DNA of 63,334 nucleotides, filler included, from Reticulomyxa filosa (GCA_000512085.1; 25 parts of 25 records of this genome joined end to end with filler, not necessarily neighbours in it); one strand, 5' to 3'; positions 13,040-26,279 are shown, numbered from the whole stretch's first letter. A program made the numbers and translations. The notes: generated by a model not told the origin, from the sequence alone.

Positions 13040-14069
13040 TTGTCATCATCGACAATGTGTCCAAACCGCGAGTGCGTTTCCTTTTTGGAGGGCCACGCTC
13101 AACTTCTGATGTACTGTCTTCTTTGCCTCATCCTTCGTTCTGCCCTCACGATCCGCCAATACCTCGGCCAGCCTGTCGAAGAAGTCTTTGGCCGCTTTAT
13201 GCCACTTTCCTGTCGTTTCCGCTATAAGCGGGACATAGGACATGTTGTTTGCAAGGCACTTTTGCTGCGACTTGTGGAGTTTGTGTGTATAGTATTGTTT
13301 TGCCGCTTCCAGGCGATTTGTTTCTTGTTGCAGGATTTGTTGGTGCGTGATTCCTATGTCAAAAAGGGTCACCTCGTTCGGGTCGTCAAACCACTTCATG
13401 CCAATATCGCCCGGACGACTTTTTCCGAATTCGATTCGTTGCTCGCACTGATGAGGGAGCCCCGCACGCTTGATGAGGTTGGAAATGCATGCGACGATCC
13501 GACCATGACGAGAGATTCTTCCTTTGCCATGCACGCATGTCAAGGCGTGATCACCGAAGTTATCCATCGCCTTCTCGCACGTACCCCCTCCATGGCAGAT
13601 TCCATCGGTTGAAATTTCCATCGATAGGCGTAGCCGGAGAATTGTTTGGAATTCGCGATTGTCGAACATTGTGCGCGAGAATTTGTTTGGTGGAGCGTGC
13701 AGGTAGGCGGATGATTGATTGGCCCCCAGCGCTGTGACGACCGCTTTGGCCCGAGGAGTGGCGTTTTCGCAGAATGCATGAACGGAACGGGTGGTGACAT
13801 TTTTGGCAAGGTTTGTGTGCGTTTGTATCGAGTCTATTGTTCTAATTGCATTTGCGGCAGTTGTTTGTGCATTATAATGGGCGACTGCATTATTTATCTC
13901 TTTATTATCTGTCCATTCTGTTATTTGCGTGTCACGATGTATAGACGGCAGTGTGCGGGAGGCGGCGACTATTGAGGATATGAAGGCTGTGCTGGAATAA
14001 CGCTGGATGGTGCGCAGCCCAAAGCCCCCCTTGTTTAATTGGAATCTGGCATTGTTGCCATTGCGAATC
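13040..14069 (-). mobile_element. Non-LTR retrotransposon with restriction-like endonuclease (CRE-like clade), 3' half of the ORF
   Basis: RT-thumb motif QWQQCQIPIKQGGFGLR; CCHC knuckle C..C..DHALTC; RH; RPGD..FD endonuclease core; C-terminal PLIAETTG.W...QKLSVALQKGNA. GC content is higher than the host contigs. Confidence 0.88.
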
Positions 14070-14808
14070 NNNNNNNNNNNNNNNNNNNNNNNNNNNNNNN
14101 NNNNNNNNNNNNNTTAATTAATTAANNNNNNNNNNNNNNNNNNNNNNNNNNNNNNNNNNNNNNNNNNNNATCTCTCTCTTACTTTTTATTTTATTTTTTA
14201 TTTTTTTTTTTTTTGCGTGGAATGACCTGGGAATCTGTTCCATTTGTTGTATGACATGGACATCGACTATGTGAACTAGGTGTATTTTGTTCTAAATTTT
14301 TAATTGTCTTACTGTCTTATTTTCAAATAACATCCTTTTTTTTTTACTTTTATTTTCAACATAAAATAGTGACCTTCAAAAGGTTACCCTTTTTTTGTAT
14401 GGACAAGTCCTCCTCCTCTGTTTGCACTTATGTTCGAAATAACCTCATTGCACGTGTTCTTTGCGTGAGGTTTTGTTGTCTTTTATTTTTTTTTTTTAAA
14501 GATTGATTGGTCAATTTGTGCTACATTTATCCTCTGCTTTTGTTACATTAAACAATCATTACATTTGTCGGAGCATCCATGTCATATATTTTTTTCTTGA
14601 TTTGTACCTTGTTTCGGTGCAACCCAGTGGTTCCTGGCAAAGGTTTGTTTCGTGATATCCAACTAATATCCCGGCAAAATTCCTAAGTATAAAAAAAAGG
14701 CCAATGCATCCAAAGTTTTCATTTATCAATTTTAAATTATAGAAGCAATGACGTTACACTTACTTTCAACTTTTATCTCTTTGCTAAAAAAATTGGGGGC
14801 AGATTTTG

Positions 14809-17259
14809 ATGAGCACTCCAACAGACACCCAACAGCAAGCAGAAATAAATTCAACAAATAAAGTCACTGGATCAACAGAAAATCTTGAGCATGAGCAAAA
14901 ACATCCAACTCAACTTGAAGAAGGAAAACAAGACAATATCGACAAAGACGCCACACCATTGCCGGAAACACAAGCGAACGCCACATCTTTGGTAATGCAA
15001 CAACAGTTGAAACCAACATAATACAATTTCTGTGAGAGAAGTGAGTGTATTTTTTTGCAGATGGAGCCAGTTCAAACTATTCTTCACACATCCCATGCTG
15101 ATATTAACGGCACGTTATCAAAAGAAATGGAGCTATTAAGCGGTCACAAAATAGAGGTCGATTGGGAGAACGCTTCAAGTGTGCACGATCTGAGAGAAAG
15201 CAACACAAAGTTGCGTGAGGAAATTATTCAAAAGAACGCAGAAATAGTGGCTCTAGAAGAAGCAATTTCCACACTGCATGTGGAATTAAAGTTTCTAGAA
15301 AGCCAAGACTTACAATCTGTGGCCAAAGATCTAGCAATCAAAGTTTCTAACAAGAGGGGGAATACTTTAGCAAAAAATACGTATACACAAATATATACAA
15401 AATAACATAAAAACAGAATCGAAAGTTAATGAGCCAGCTGTCAAGAGAACGTAACAGAAACGCTCAAGCAGTGATTGATATTCAGAAACTGGAACAGGTA
15501 CGTACAAAAAAAAAAAAAAAAAAAAAAAAAAAGAGTCTGTTTTTTTTTCCCCTCCTCTTTTTTTGTTTTTTGATCAGATAGTACGATTTTGACGATGGGG
15601 ATAACAGGAATTGGAAAAATATCGGCAAAATCATCAATCACCAGTCAAAGTTGTGGAGCCACTACGTCGTGGTGGAGGCCATGATAACGGTGCAGCGACG
15701 TTGCCTCCAGCAAGTACTTTACCCGTCGTTTGCACAGACGATTGGAAAGAAAAGCATGACAAACTATCCAAAAAAGTAGTCTCTGCTAAAATTGAAATAA
15801 ACTCTTTGAAGCATCAAATATGTCAGTTGCAACAAATTATCAAAAGAGAAGTAAGTTGTTTATCCGTTTATAACGAACACAATTGATTCCTTTTTTTTTT
15901 AAAAAAAAAATTTCTTTTAAGATTGGGAAGAACTTTCCATTCACGACTTGCTGAAGAAAGCGTCCGAAGGAACGTGGAAAGGTCGAGCCGAGCAAATCGT
16001 GAAACTCAAAGATAAAAATGATGTTTGTTGTTGTTTTTTTTTTTTTTTTTTTTTTTTGCAACTGGTTTTGCAACATGCCAACGAAAATAAAAATCTTTGA
16101 TTTTTTAATTTTTTTAATGAAATTAGCAAATGAAAGAAGAGTTAGAAAAGATGAAAGGAAGCTATGCAAATAACAGTGGAGATAGTGATTTCAAAAAGAA
16201 AAATAAAGAGCAATTGTCCGCGGTGGCAGAGTATAGAGTCAAGCAATTTGAAAGCACTCAAAAAGAATTGGAAAAAACTGCCTCCAAAATTGAATTGCTG
16301 GAAAAAAAGATTCGCGGAAAAAATTCTCGAATTGAAGCAGTACGTTGAATACATTTAATATCGACACACACACATATATATAATATATGTATACGTTATA
16401 CGTATACATCCACAAATAAAAACACATACGTTTATATTTATACATACGTATAAATGTTTGCACAGGTTGAAAATGATATTGTAGCGATGCGACAAAAACT
16501 CAACTTTTTTATGGAAAAATCTAAGGGTGATGATTTATTGATTGAAAAGCTTCAGACGGAATTAGATTCCAAGCGGAAAATTGAATTAATTTGGGGAAAA
16601 CAAGAGCACAAAATTATGGAAAAAGAGAGGTGCATACAGCAGCTGCAATCCGAATTAGAGGCATATATAGCCGAAAAAAAGATCTTACAAGAACAAATAA
16701 GTAACATGAAAATAAAGTTGGATATGAGTTCTCGAGAAAGATTTCAAGAATTTGAAAGGCTTATCAATATTCATAAAAATGATCAAAAACAACACGAAAT
16801 CCACTTGTTAAAGTCCGAAAATGAAAAACATAAAGAAATTATAACACTTCATATAAAAACGATTAAATCACTACAAAATACTCTCAACAAACGTTGGTGC
16901 TATTTATTTATTCCTTCTCTTGTTTTTTTTTATTTGTATTTCACTAATCTTAAGCATTTTTTTTGTACATAGTGACATTACTGGCCCAAAACTACACAAA
17001 AGAAGAAAAAAATACAAAATCAAACCAATCAAAATCAAGTACATTGACTGCTTTCAAAGAAAAGTTACAAACGCTTGCACAAGAACAATCTTTGGTCAAG
17101 ACTTCATACCTGAGTATTATCCATGAGAAAGAAGAGGAATTGGAATTATGTAAACACTTGCTGGAGGAAAAAAATTGCGCTTATGAACGTTCAGTTGCCA
17201 GTTTAAACATTTGGGAAAAACAAATCGCAGAATTCTTCAACGCTCCATCATATAATTAA
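14809..17259 (+). CDS. CCDC13: CCDC13-like coiled-coil protein (multi-exon)
   Basis: Spliced exons give AKDLAIKNRKL, QIIKRE-IGEELSIHDLLKKASEGTWKGRAEQIVKLKDK and EKSKGDDLLIEKL, resembling the CCDC13 blocks REVGED..GTWRGRAQQI and EKG.HDDELI. Needs one extra G near 15925. Confidence 0.7.
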
Positions 17260-19364
17260 ATTTTCCAAACAAAAGTTTTTCAACTAATCATTCCCAAAAT
17301 GGTCTCGATTTTAGATTTCACATTTCATTATTTTTTATCGGCGTTTTTAATTTTCAATACAACAATTTACAAATTTTTAATGTTTAACTTTTCAAATATA
17401 ATCTCGCCTAAAGAAGACATAAACATTCGCAGTTATCTTAATGAAACATCAATTTTGTAAATACATCTATCATAAACCTAGGAACGCATTTTTTAAAAAT
17501 AACAGTTTTGCAACTCGTGCATGGACAGTTGTGGAGTTGGATGCATCTGATTGTACTTTGTTCATGCATTTGTTTGACAAGTTCTGTAATATTTTGTTAT
17601 TCTCCAACAATCATTACTCCAAAAAAACAGGTGAAACACAAGAAACATGGTGACAATATACAGTAGAATGCAAAATAAAGTTGACACATAAAACGGCATC
17701 TTATAGAGATAATTGATTTTCTTCATGAAAAAACAACATCCAGACATAATTTTTTTAATATATACAAATAGTGTAGTTTTTAAATATCATTTTAAATTTA
17801 GTTTTTTATTACATCTTTCATAATTGTTTAAAAAATTTGAATATTTTATTGATTTTTGAACATTTTTGAGAAAAAGTTGACAATACTGAATTTGTCGTAA
17901 CCATGAAATTTGCCAATTTTTTTAAAAGTATTTTCAGAAAGTGCTCAATATTTGTAAAAAAAATTAGTCTTTTACGTTGATCAGTTTTTGAGAAAATTCA
18001 ATTTTTTGTGGTAAAAAAATTTTTTTTGGTTTATTCTTAATAAGTTTTTCAGTCTTTAACGTAAGCTTCAATTTATGCATATATGACTTACACGAAATTT
18101 TTTTGCAAATTTGCGCAAACTCCAGCACTGACTCAACAGCTCAACAGCATGATATATGTTAAAATTCTAAACTCATTCAGTCATTTTCATCAAAAAAATA
18201 ATCTAATAGTTTTATAATCTAATTATTTTGTTTGCTTCAACAAACATAGACTAATCATCAATTTTATCAGCAGAATTATTACTGTTCCATTCATCAAATT
18301 TGAAAAAAACATGTTGTAGACCTATCATCAGTCTTTTATCACGTTTTGCTTATCCTTGTGATGATTGTGTAATTAATTATTGCAAATAATGTGTGAGTCC
18401 GTCGTCAGCCCAAGCCAAAAAAAATATATGTATTGTGATTATGATAAAGTATCAGCCCCTTTACTAACACAGTGTCACACCGGTAACAAAGAGGAAGTGT
18501 ACTGTTTCGTCCATCTGAGATGAACGTTGTCGCCAGCACTGAAATAAGTGCAAGAAGATTAGGGATCAGCATTCAACGACAAATACATTGTCGCCGATGT
18601 GGTCTAGTTGATCATCCATCCAGTATCATCATCGGCCTGCCTACCATATTTCTTGTTACAATGATTTGATTTCAATGATAATAGTAATAATAATAAGATG
18701 CGCCGACTGCTGACATACTCCTTAAAACACTGGAATTAACTATCAAATATCACTACACTCCAATCATACGAATAACCCGGAATCAACGACCACCACTTCA
18801 ACGAACCAATCTTTCGGTCATGTTTTGTTTGCAACTCCAAACTTTTAAATATTTTTTTAAAAAAAGAACTACTTCTTTAACTTTGCTAACGCGAAATGGA
18901 CACTTTTTTTAACAGCCACTTCAGTATTGCGCAAAAAAAATCGAGGAACAGGTTCGAAAAAGGGGATAAAAGTTCATACTTACAACACTTTTCAACTTTT
19001 TTATGTAATTTTTGTTCTATGTAAAATTTAATTACGAAATGTGTCATTCATTGACGCCAAGTAATAAAAAATTCACACAAATTTGCAAAAAATGTTAGAT
19101 TAATAATGAATTCATAGAAATAATTTGTTATTTTAATTTCGGATAATTTGTTTATGAATTTGCTACCAAATGAGTCACAAACTGATCTAAAAAGCGATTG
19201 ATTTAGATGAAAAGTTAATGAAGATAATTCAACAAAAAGAAAACTTAGATAAACAGACGATTGTNNNNNNNNNNNNNNNNNNNNNNNNNNNNNNNNNNNN
19301 NNNNNNNNTTAATTAATTAANNNNNNNNNNNNNNNNNNNNNNNNNNNNNNNNNNNNNNNNNNNN

Positions 19365-20352
19365 TCTTAGTAAAATCGTAGCACGATATGTTTTGTGTGG
19401 TTTTTTTTTTTTTTAAATATAGAAATTTTTGCTTTCTTTTGAATATCTTTGCCTTGATTTAAAAAACTAGGCAATGATGTACAAACAATTACCATTATAT
19501 TATAAACACCCACAAGCTGTTGGACGTGTAAAATTTTCAAGAGATGGAACCAAAATTGTTGCATCTTTTAAAGATCATACGATTGGAATATTTGATGGAC
19601 AATTACAACCTATCCAAGTATTGCAAGGGCATACGGATTGGATTGTTGATATACAATTTGCATTTGACGGTAATAGCATTTTGTCTTGTTCAATTGATAA
19701 AACTATTCGACTTTGGGATGTGAATTCAGGAAAAGTACTCAAAACTTTCGAAGGACATAGCGGCATAATTCACAGTATCCAATTTTCACCGGATGGGAAT
19801 ACAATTGTATCTAGCTCATCAGATAAAACTATTCGATTGTGGGATGTGCAATCTGTAAAAGAAATTAAACGAATATATGAACCTGCATCGCTTATCAATG
19901 ACGCCCAATTTTCTCCTGATTGTCAATTTATTGCATGTGCATTAGAGGATACAACGATTGCAATATGGGATATACAATCGGGTCAAAAAGTTAACGTATT
20001 GAAAGGGCATTGGAATGAAGTGTTCAAAGTACAATTTTCTCCAGATGGCCAATCTATTGTTTCGTGCTCATCCGATCTTACTATTCGGGCATGGAACACG
20101 ACATCTGGAAAAGAAGTGAAAACTTTTAACGGTCATTCAAACTTGATCAGAAATGTTAAATTTTTTCCAGATGGTCAAACTATTGTATCTTGTTCATGGG
20201 ATAAAACTATTCGAATATGGGACGTCATGACAGGAAAAGAAGTTCAGGTACTTCATGGACATAGCGACTATGTGCCGGGAATAGATGTTTCATTTGATAG
20301 TCAAACTATTGTGTCGTGTTGCACTGATGGAATGATTCAACTCTGGGGGTAA
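19365..20352 (+). CDS. WD40-repeat protein, 3' part (linker exon end + WD40 exon)
   Basis: About seven GH..FSPDG..TIRLWD repeats in ORF 19474-20352. The contig start encodes the linker tail LSKIVARYV before a short intron. Confidence 0.92.
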
Positions 20353-20865
20353 CAGAAACAAAAAAAGCCACAAAAGAATATTCATTTCTGCAAATAATCA
20401 AGAAATAAGCAAATGAATTAACTGTAATTAGATCAACTATTTTTAGTTTTCAGTTTGCTTGGATTAGTAAGTAAAATCAATAGGATTGTCAAATCTTAAT
20501 GTAGTATCTTTTCATTTTAGCCAAAATTATTGAAAAATAAGCTTTCGTTGAATAAATATACTTTAAAAAGACAACTTGGTTGATATTACACAAAAAGTAA
20601 TTCAAACAAAGTAGTAGTTTTGGTGCTAACTTCAAATCTATTATTAAATTTATTTTTTCCAAGACAACAAATTGTAAAAAAATCTAGTTTTGTACTTTGT
20701 TTTGTAATTTCTTTACAATAATTGTGGGAAAAACTACACATTTTTTCTTACTGAGTTTCAAAACAGTAGTTCAGCTTTTTGAAAAAAGCTATAGGATTTC
20801 TTTTATATATAATTGTGGATTACTACACTTTTGAACAAATACGATCAAACTCATTTTTAGTTAAG

Positions 20866-23147
20866 ATGGAAACAAATGACATTAAAGTACAAGAGCCTGT
20901 AAATCTAAGCAGGGCAACTCCCTTTGAAGTGTTGGCCTCATTACCAGTTCCACTTCGCAATGCTCAATGTGTGGTACACCAGCAAGAGATTCTCATTTGT
21001 GGAGGTTATCGTACTAATGACTGTTATTCGTACCATATTTTCAAAAATAAGTATAAGTTCATTTGTTCTTATCCAAATGATGTTACATTATGGGGACACT
21101 GTGTCGTGAAGCTTGTAAAAAATAACAATCCAAACGACATTACTTTGTTATCTTTCGGTGGGTATAATAAACATACATTGGTGATGAAATATGTGAGTGT
21201 TTGGGATGAAGAAAAAGATGGGAATAGAGATGACATAAAAAACTCAAAGCATTGCAATGGATGGATTCCTTTGGTTGGTAATTCAAATGAACCAATTTGC
21301 ATTGGGAGAAATAAAGATTATCATGAGGGAGTGCGTGCAGTAATTGGCGGTTGTAATAATAACCTGTTATTCATTACTTATCTTTTAAAGAATATTGACG
21401 TATTTGATTTAAACACCTTCCAGTACATCAAAAATGCGACTTTACCAAGTGACAATTCAATAATGTATCATTGTTTTGTATTGAAGACTGAGCGCGAGTT
21501 TCCAATAATGAAAAAAAACAAAAGATAAATGAAATGATGTTATTTTGTGACAAGACAGGTCTATTAATCAAATATAATGAAGACAATAACATCTTCAAAT
21601 TTACAAATTTACGAATCTGTACAACACTTAGACTATCCGCTTCATATGGATATATTTGTGTCAATAATTGCATCTTGTTTTTTGGAGGAAATAATGATTC
21701 TGAGAATCTTGCTTCCAAAGAAGTGTACAAGTATTCAATAAGGGATGACACATGGATGAAATTTGAGCAAAATTTGCCAAATCCGTTGACTGATTGTGTT
21801 GCAATCTTGAGTGGAGATGGAAAGGATGTACATATTATTGGAGGATATGATGGAAAGAAGACTGAATCAACACACATGAAAACAAATGTGAAAGAGTGGA
21901 TGGATGGCGAGACAGAGACAGAGAAACAATGGATTATGGAAGAAGAAGAAAAGAGATTTATAGAAGAAATTAAGTTAGACCTAGATGGAATGAAAGAAGA
22001 ATTAGATATTAAAAAGTTAAAAGTTAAGTGCTTTCTTTTATTCAATAACTTGGATGTTTAAAATCAAATGCTACAAAAATAGAAAAAAAAAGAGATCGAC
22101 ATGATAATCACTTATTGGATTCGTTTATTGTTTATTAAGATGGGATGGATCGACGATTTTTAACATTATCATTTTACGATATGTTCTTGTATGTTGTGCT
22201 TCTTTTTAAATTGTTACTACTTTGTAAGCAACTTGCAAAAAATACAGCTAAGGTATTTCAAGCCTTTGAAAGTACTTCAAGGACATGCTAAAACTGTGCG
22301 CAGCGTAACATTTTCGCCAGATGGTACTAAAATTGTTTCAGCTTTTCAAGATGGAAAAGTAAAACTATGGAATCTGGAATCAAAGAATGGCAGTCAGGTG
22401 TTAAGAGGACACTCCAATCGGGTCAATGATGCACAATTTTCAAGAGATGGTAATATGATTGCTTCCTGTTCAGCTGACAAAACCATTCGATTGTGGGATG
22501 TGCAAACATGTAAATCAATAAAAAAATTGGAAGGACATACGGGTAGTGTGACAAGTGCCCAATTTTCACCAGATGGAAAAAGTATTGTATCTGGATCATA
22601 TGATAAAACAATTCGAATTTGGGATATAGAGTCCGGACGAGAGATGAAAACTATCGATGGAAATTCTAAAAGTGTATATTATGTGCAATTTTCACCAGAT
22701 TCCCAACGAATGGTGGTAGTATCAAATGACGAAATAATTAGAATTTGGGATGTGAGATCAGGTGAAAGACTCAATGCACTGCGGGGACATACAGACAGTG
22801 TAATAAGAGCACAATTTTCTTCGGACAGTTGTTTTATTGTGTCTTGTTCATATGATAAAACAATTCGAATATGGGATGTGGTATCAGGAATACAAGTAAA
22901 AAAATTGGTAGGACATTCAAACACTATACATGGCGTCCAATTTTTTCCAAATGAACAAACTATCGTCTCATGTTCAGAAGATAAAACAATTCGATTATGG
23001 GATGTAAAATTAGGAATGGAAATACAGAAATTAGAGAGCAATTCAAAAGAGTTATCAAGTATAGATATTGCACCGGATGGTAATACAATTGTGTCGGCTT
23101 CTTTTGATGGAACAATTCGATTATGGACCAGCTTTTTAAGAAACTAG
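20866..23147 (+). CDS. Kelch-like propeller + linker + WD40 propeller fusion protein
   Basis: Kelch exon 20866-~22023 (frameshift in A-runs 21511-21523); linker exon 22083-22188 (KKKEIDMIITYWIRLLFIKMGWIDDFNIIILRYVL, extra T at 22157-22161); WD40 exon from 22248. Confidence 0.85.
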
Positions 23148-23515
23148 CAAATATTGACAAATACAAACTTAGTTCTTGCAAACAAAAGGAAAATTGGGGT
23201 AACAGGAAATATCACTGTATTGCTGTCTCCAAAATGATCATAGTTTTTCCTTTTTTTTTGGGTAGCCATTTTGAAAGTTTTATGTGATTTTTTTAACAGA
23301 CACAATGTAAACACTTTCTCAAGTATACTCGCAAGGAAAGCATAGTATTAACATAAAAAACCTCATAAGCAAAAAAATTACAAATTCAAAATTATCACAA
23401 ACTAGATCAAAATAAAAATTTATTCGAAATACAAAAAGACTTCAGCATAATAAAATTGAGCTTGCTATTACTTGTGGATAAAATAAAAATATTGTGCACA
23501 AACTAAACAAACATT

Positions 23516-23581
23516 TTTAAAAAAAGAAAAAAAGACAAAAAATATTACTTTTTCTTTTTTGTCTTTTTTTCTTTTTTTAAA
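23516..23581. repeat. Perfect 27-bp inverted repeat with 12-nt loop
   Basis: TTTAAAAAAAGAAAAAAAGACAAAAAA (23516-23542) and its exact reverse complement (23555-23581). Confidence 0.85.
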
Positions 23582-23584
23582 CGT

Positions 23585-23795
23585 TAAAAATGTCTAAGCA
23601 TATTTCCAACTAGCCAATCTTAAGGATATTTTGCACGATACAATATATTGCACGCATTATTTTGAATATAAAGATTTATAAAGTTTGCTTTTCGCTTAGT
23701 AAACTAGACGACTGTCTTAAACTTGATAAAAATTATCATGAAAAGTTAAAGCTCCAGTAAAAATGTCTAAGCATATTTCCAACTAGCCAATCTTA
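23585..23795. repeat. 38-bp exact direct repeat, two copies
   Basis: TAAAAATGTCTAAGCATATTTCCAACTAGCCAATCTTA at 23585-23622 and 23758-23795. Confidence 0.9.
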
Positions 23796-24117
23796 TCTTA
23801 TGGATATTTTAATTTTTTTTTTAAGAACATTTGTAAATGTTTTGATTTATTTTGAATTTAGCATAATATTTTGAACATTGGGTTTTTTTGCGTTGATCTG
23901 AAACAGAAAATGCAATCAGTAGACAGGTTTTTTTTTTTTGGTATAGCGATTTCGAATTTAAAGTTGATAAATTTTAGAAGCTAAAACATAGTGTCTTTTT
24001 GAAAAAATTCGAACTCTTTATTTTTATTTGAAAATTGTGTGATTGCTTACTTCTTTTGTAGGTTCAATTCTCTTTTTGCCTTTATTTTGAAAAGACTTTT
24101 TTGAAAACTGTTTATGT

Positions 24118-26094
24118 TTACATTCTTCCCCACAACCGAATTATTCCATCTTTAGATGATGACAAAATAGTGTTACCATCTGAGGTAATATCTAATCCAG
24201 TTATGATATCAGAATGTACTAATGTTTGAACTTCCATGCCAAATTTTAAATCCCATAATCGAATTGTTTTGTCATTTGAGCCTGATACAACTGTTTGGCC
24301 ATCTGGTAAATATTTTGCACGTGTAACAATATCTGAATGCTCTCTTAAGCTATGAATTATTTTTCCTGCTTTTATATCCCATATTTGAATTGTTTCATCA
24401 TTAGAGCACGATACAATAGAACAGCAATCTGGAGAAAATTGGGAATCTAAGATATTTTCATTATACTCAAATGTATTGACTCTTGTACCAGATGTTACGT
24501 CCCATATTCTAATTGTGCGATCGTTTGATGCTGATACAAAAGTTTTTCCTGTTGGTGAAAATTTCACACTGTTTACATAATCGGAATGTCCAAGTGTCAT
24601 TATGTTTTTTCCTGATTTCGCTTCCCACACTATAATGGTTTGATCATTTGATGAAGATATAACAATATTTCCATCAGGTGACAACTGAGCTTTTGTTACA
24701 TTGTTCAAATGTCCTTTGAATATCATCAATTCTTTTCCCGATTGCACATCCCATAAACGAATTGTATTGTCTTCTGAACAGGACAACACCTTGTTGCCAT
24801 CAGGTGTAAATTGTGAATCATTTACACCATCCGAGTGTCCTTTCAGCAATTTTATTTCTCTTTCCAACTTTATGTCCCATATCCGAATTGTTTTGTCATC
24901 AAAAGATGAAACGATTTTTGTGTTGTCTGGTGAAAATTGCACACTATTCACACCAGTTGATTTCATCTGAATCTCTTTTGACAGTTTATAATATTTCATC
25001 TATTTTTGAAATTTGAGCATAGATACGTATTTATACCTTTAAAATAAAATAAAACAAAATACAATCAAAGACTATTACCAAAATATATTGCGTGATTATT
25101 TTAGTGAAATCAGCAATCCATCCCAATTTAATGAACAATGACCGAACCCAATATTCTATTATAATCTCAATCTGTATTTGTTTCTATTTTGTTTTATTGT
25201 ATCACAAAGAATCATTTTATTTTATTTTTCCCCAATCGTTAACCAAAAAAGAAAAAATTCAACTTTTGGTTTTTTCACTCCCAAATCTTGCTTCATCCCA
25301 TCCAATTCCATTTTAATCTCTTCAATTTCTCTTTTTTCTTCTTCTTCCATAATCCATTGTTTTTCAATTTCTGTGTCTTCCCTTAGCAATATATTCATAT
25401 CGATTTTCATATGTACGGACGAAGTGTTGTCACCTTCGCCTTGTTCTCCAAAAATATGCACATATTTGTTATCTTCAGTAAGTGCCCCAACGCAATCACC
25501 CAATGGGATTGGTAAGGTTTGTTCAAGTTTCTTCCATTTATTTTCGATTAAAGAGTACTTATGAATATCTTTAGAAATGCGAACAGAGGCAATATCTTCT
25601 CCACCAAAAAACAAGATAAAGTCATCCACATAAATATAGGCATACGCATAGAATGGTCTCATGGTAAAACATACTCGCAACTGATCAAATTGAAATTCAT
25701 TACGATCTTCATCATATTTGATCGATATCCCTGTATTCCTACAAAATAACACCATTTCATACATCTTTGTATTTTTTTTCTTTTTTTCGAATCCATTGTC
25801 TATTTTTGGCACAAAGCAATGATAATATGTTTCATTTCGAATTGGCAAAGTATCACGTTTGATACATTTGCACGTATTCAAATCAAAGACATCAATATAT
25901 TTCGGACGATATGCAATGAATAGCAAATGATCATTACTTCCACCAATCATTGAACGGGCTCCCCAATAATTATCTTCTTTTCTACCAATGGAAATAGTAT
26001 TACCGTCATTATCAGTGAAAGGGGTCCAGACGTTGTACTCCCTTGTTTTGTTAGCATCATTATCATCATTATCATTATTATTATCATTATCATT
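24118..26094 (-). CDS. Kelch-like + linker + WD40 fusion protein (5' partial), convergent paralogue
   Basis: Kelch exon (ORF 25222-25950 extended to contig edge), linker exon ~25184-25080 (KQIQIEIIIEYWVRSLFIKLGWIADFTKIITQYIL), WD40 exon 24999-24118. Confidence 0.87.
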
Positions 26095-26194
26095 NNNNNN
26101 NNNNNNNNNNNNNNNNNNNNNNNNNNNNNNNNNNNNNNTTAATTAATTAANNNNNNNNNNNNNNNNNNNNNNNNNNNNNNNNNNNNNNNNNNNN

Positions 26195-26225
<31 letters not shown>

Positions 26226-26279
26226 AGAAGAAGAACAATAATAATAATGATAATAAAAAGAGACACTCTCATATTCACA

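Noticed and set aside
13040-13975. Plus-strand ORFs of 190, 82 and 86 aa
   Set aside because: Antisense to the retrotransposon ORF; no motifs.
22150-22170. Possible Euplotes-like programmed +1 frameshift (TTT TAA), with other frameshifts at ~7005, 14025, 15925, 21515, 52235
   Set aside because: The sites go in both directions, share no stop-adjacent motif and lie at base runs. Homopolymer sequencing error is the simpler explanation; Illumina reads would settle it.
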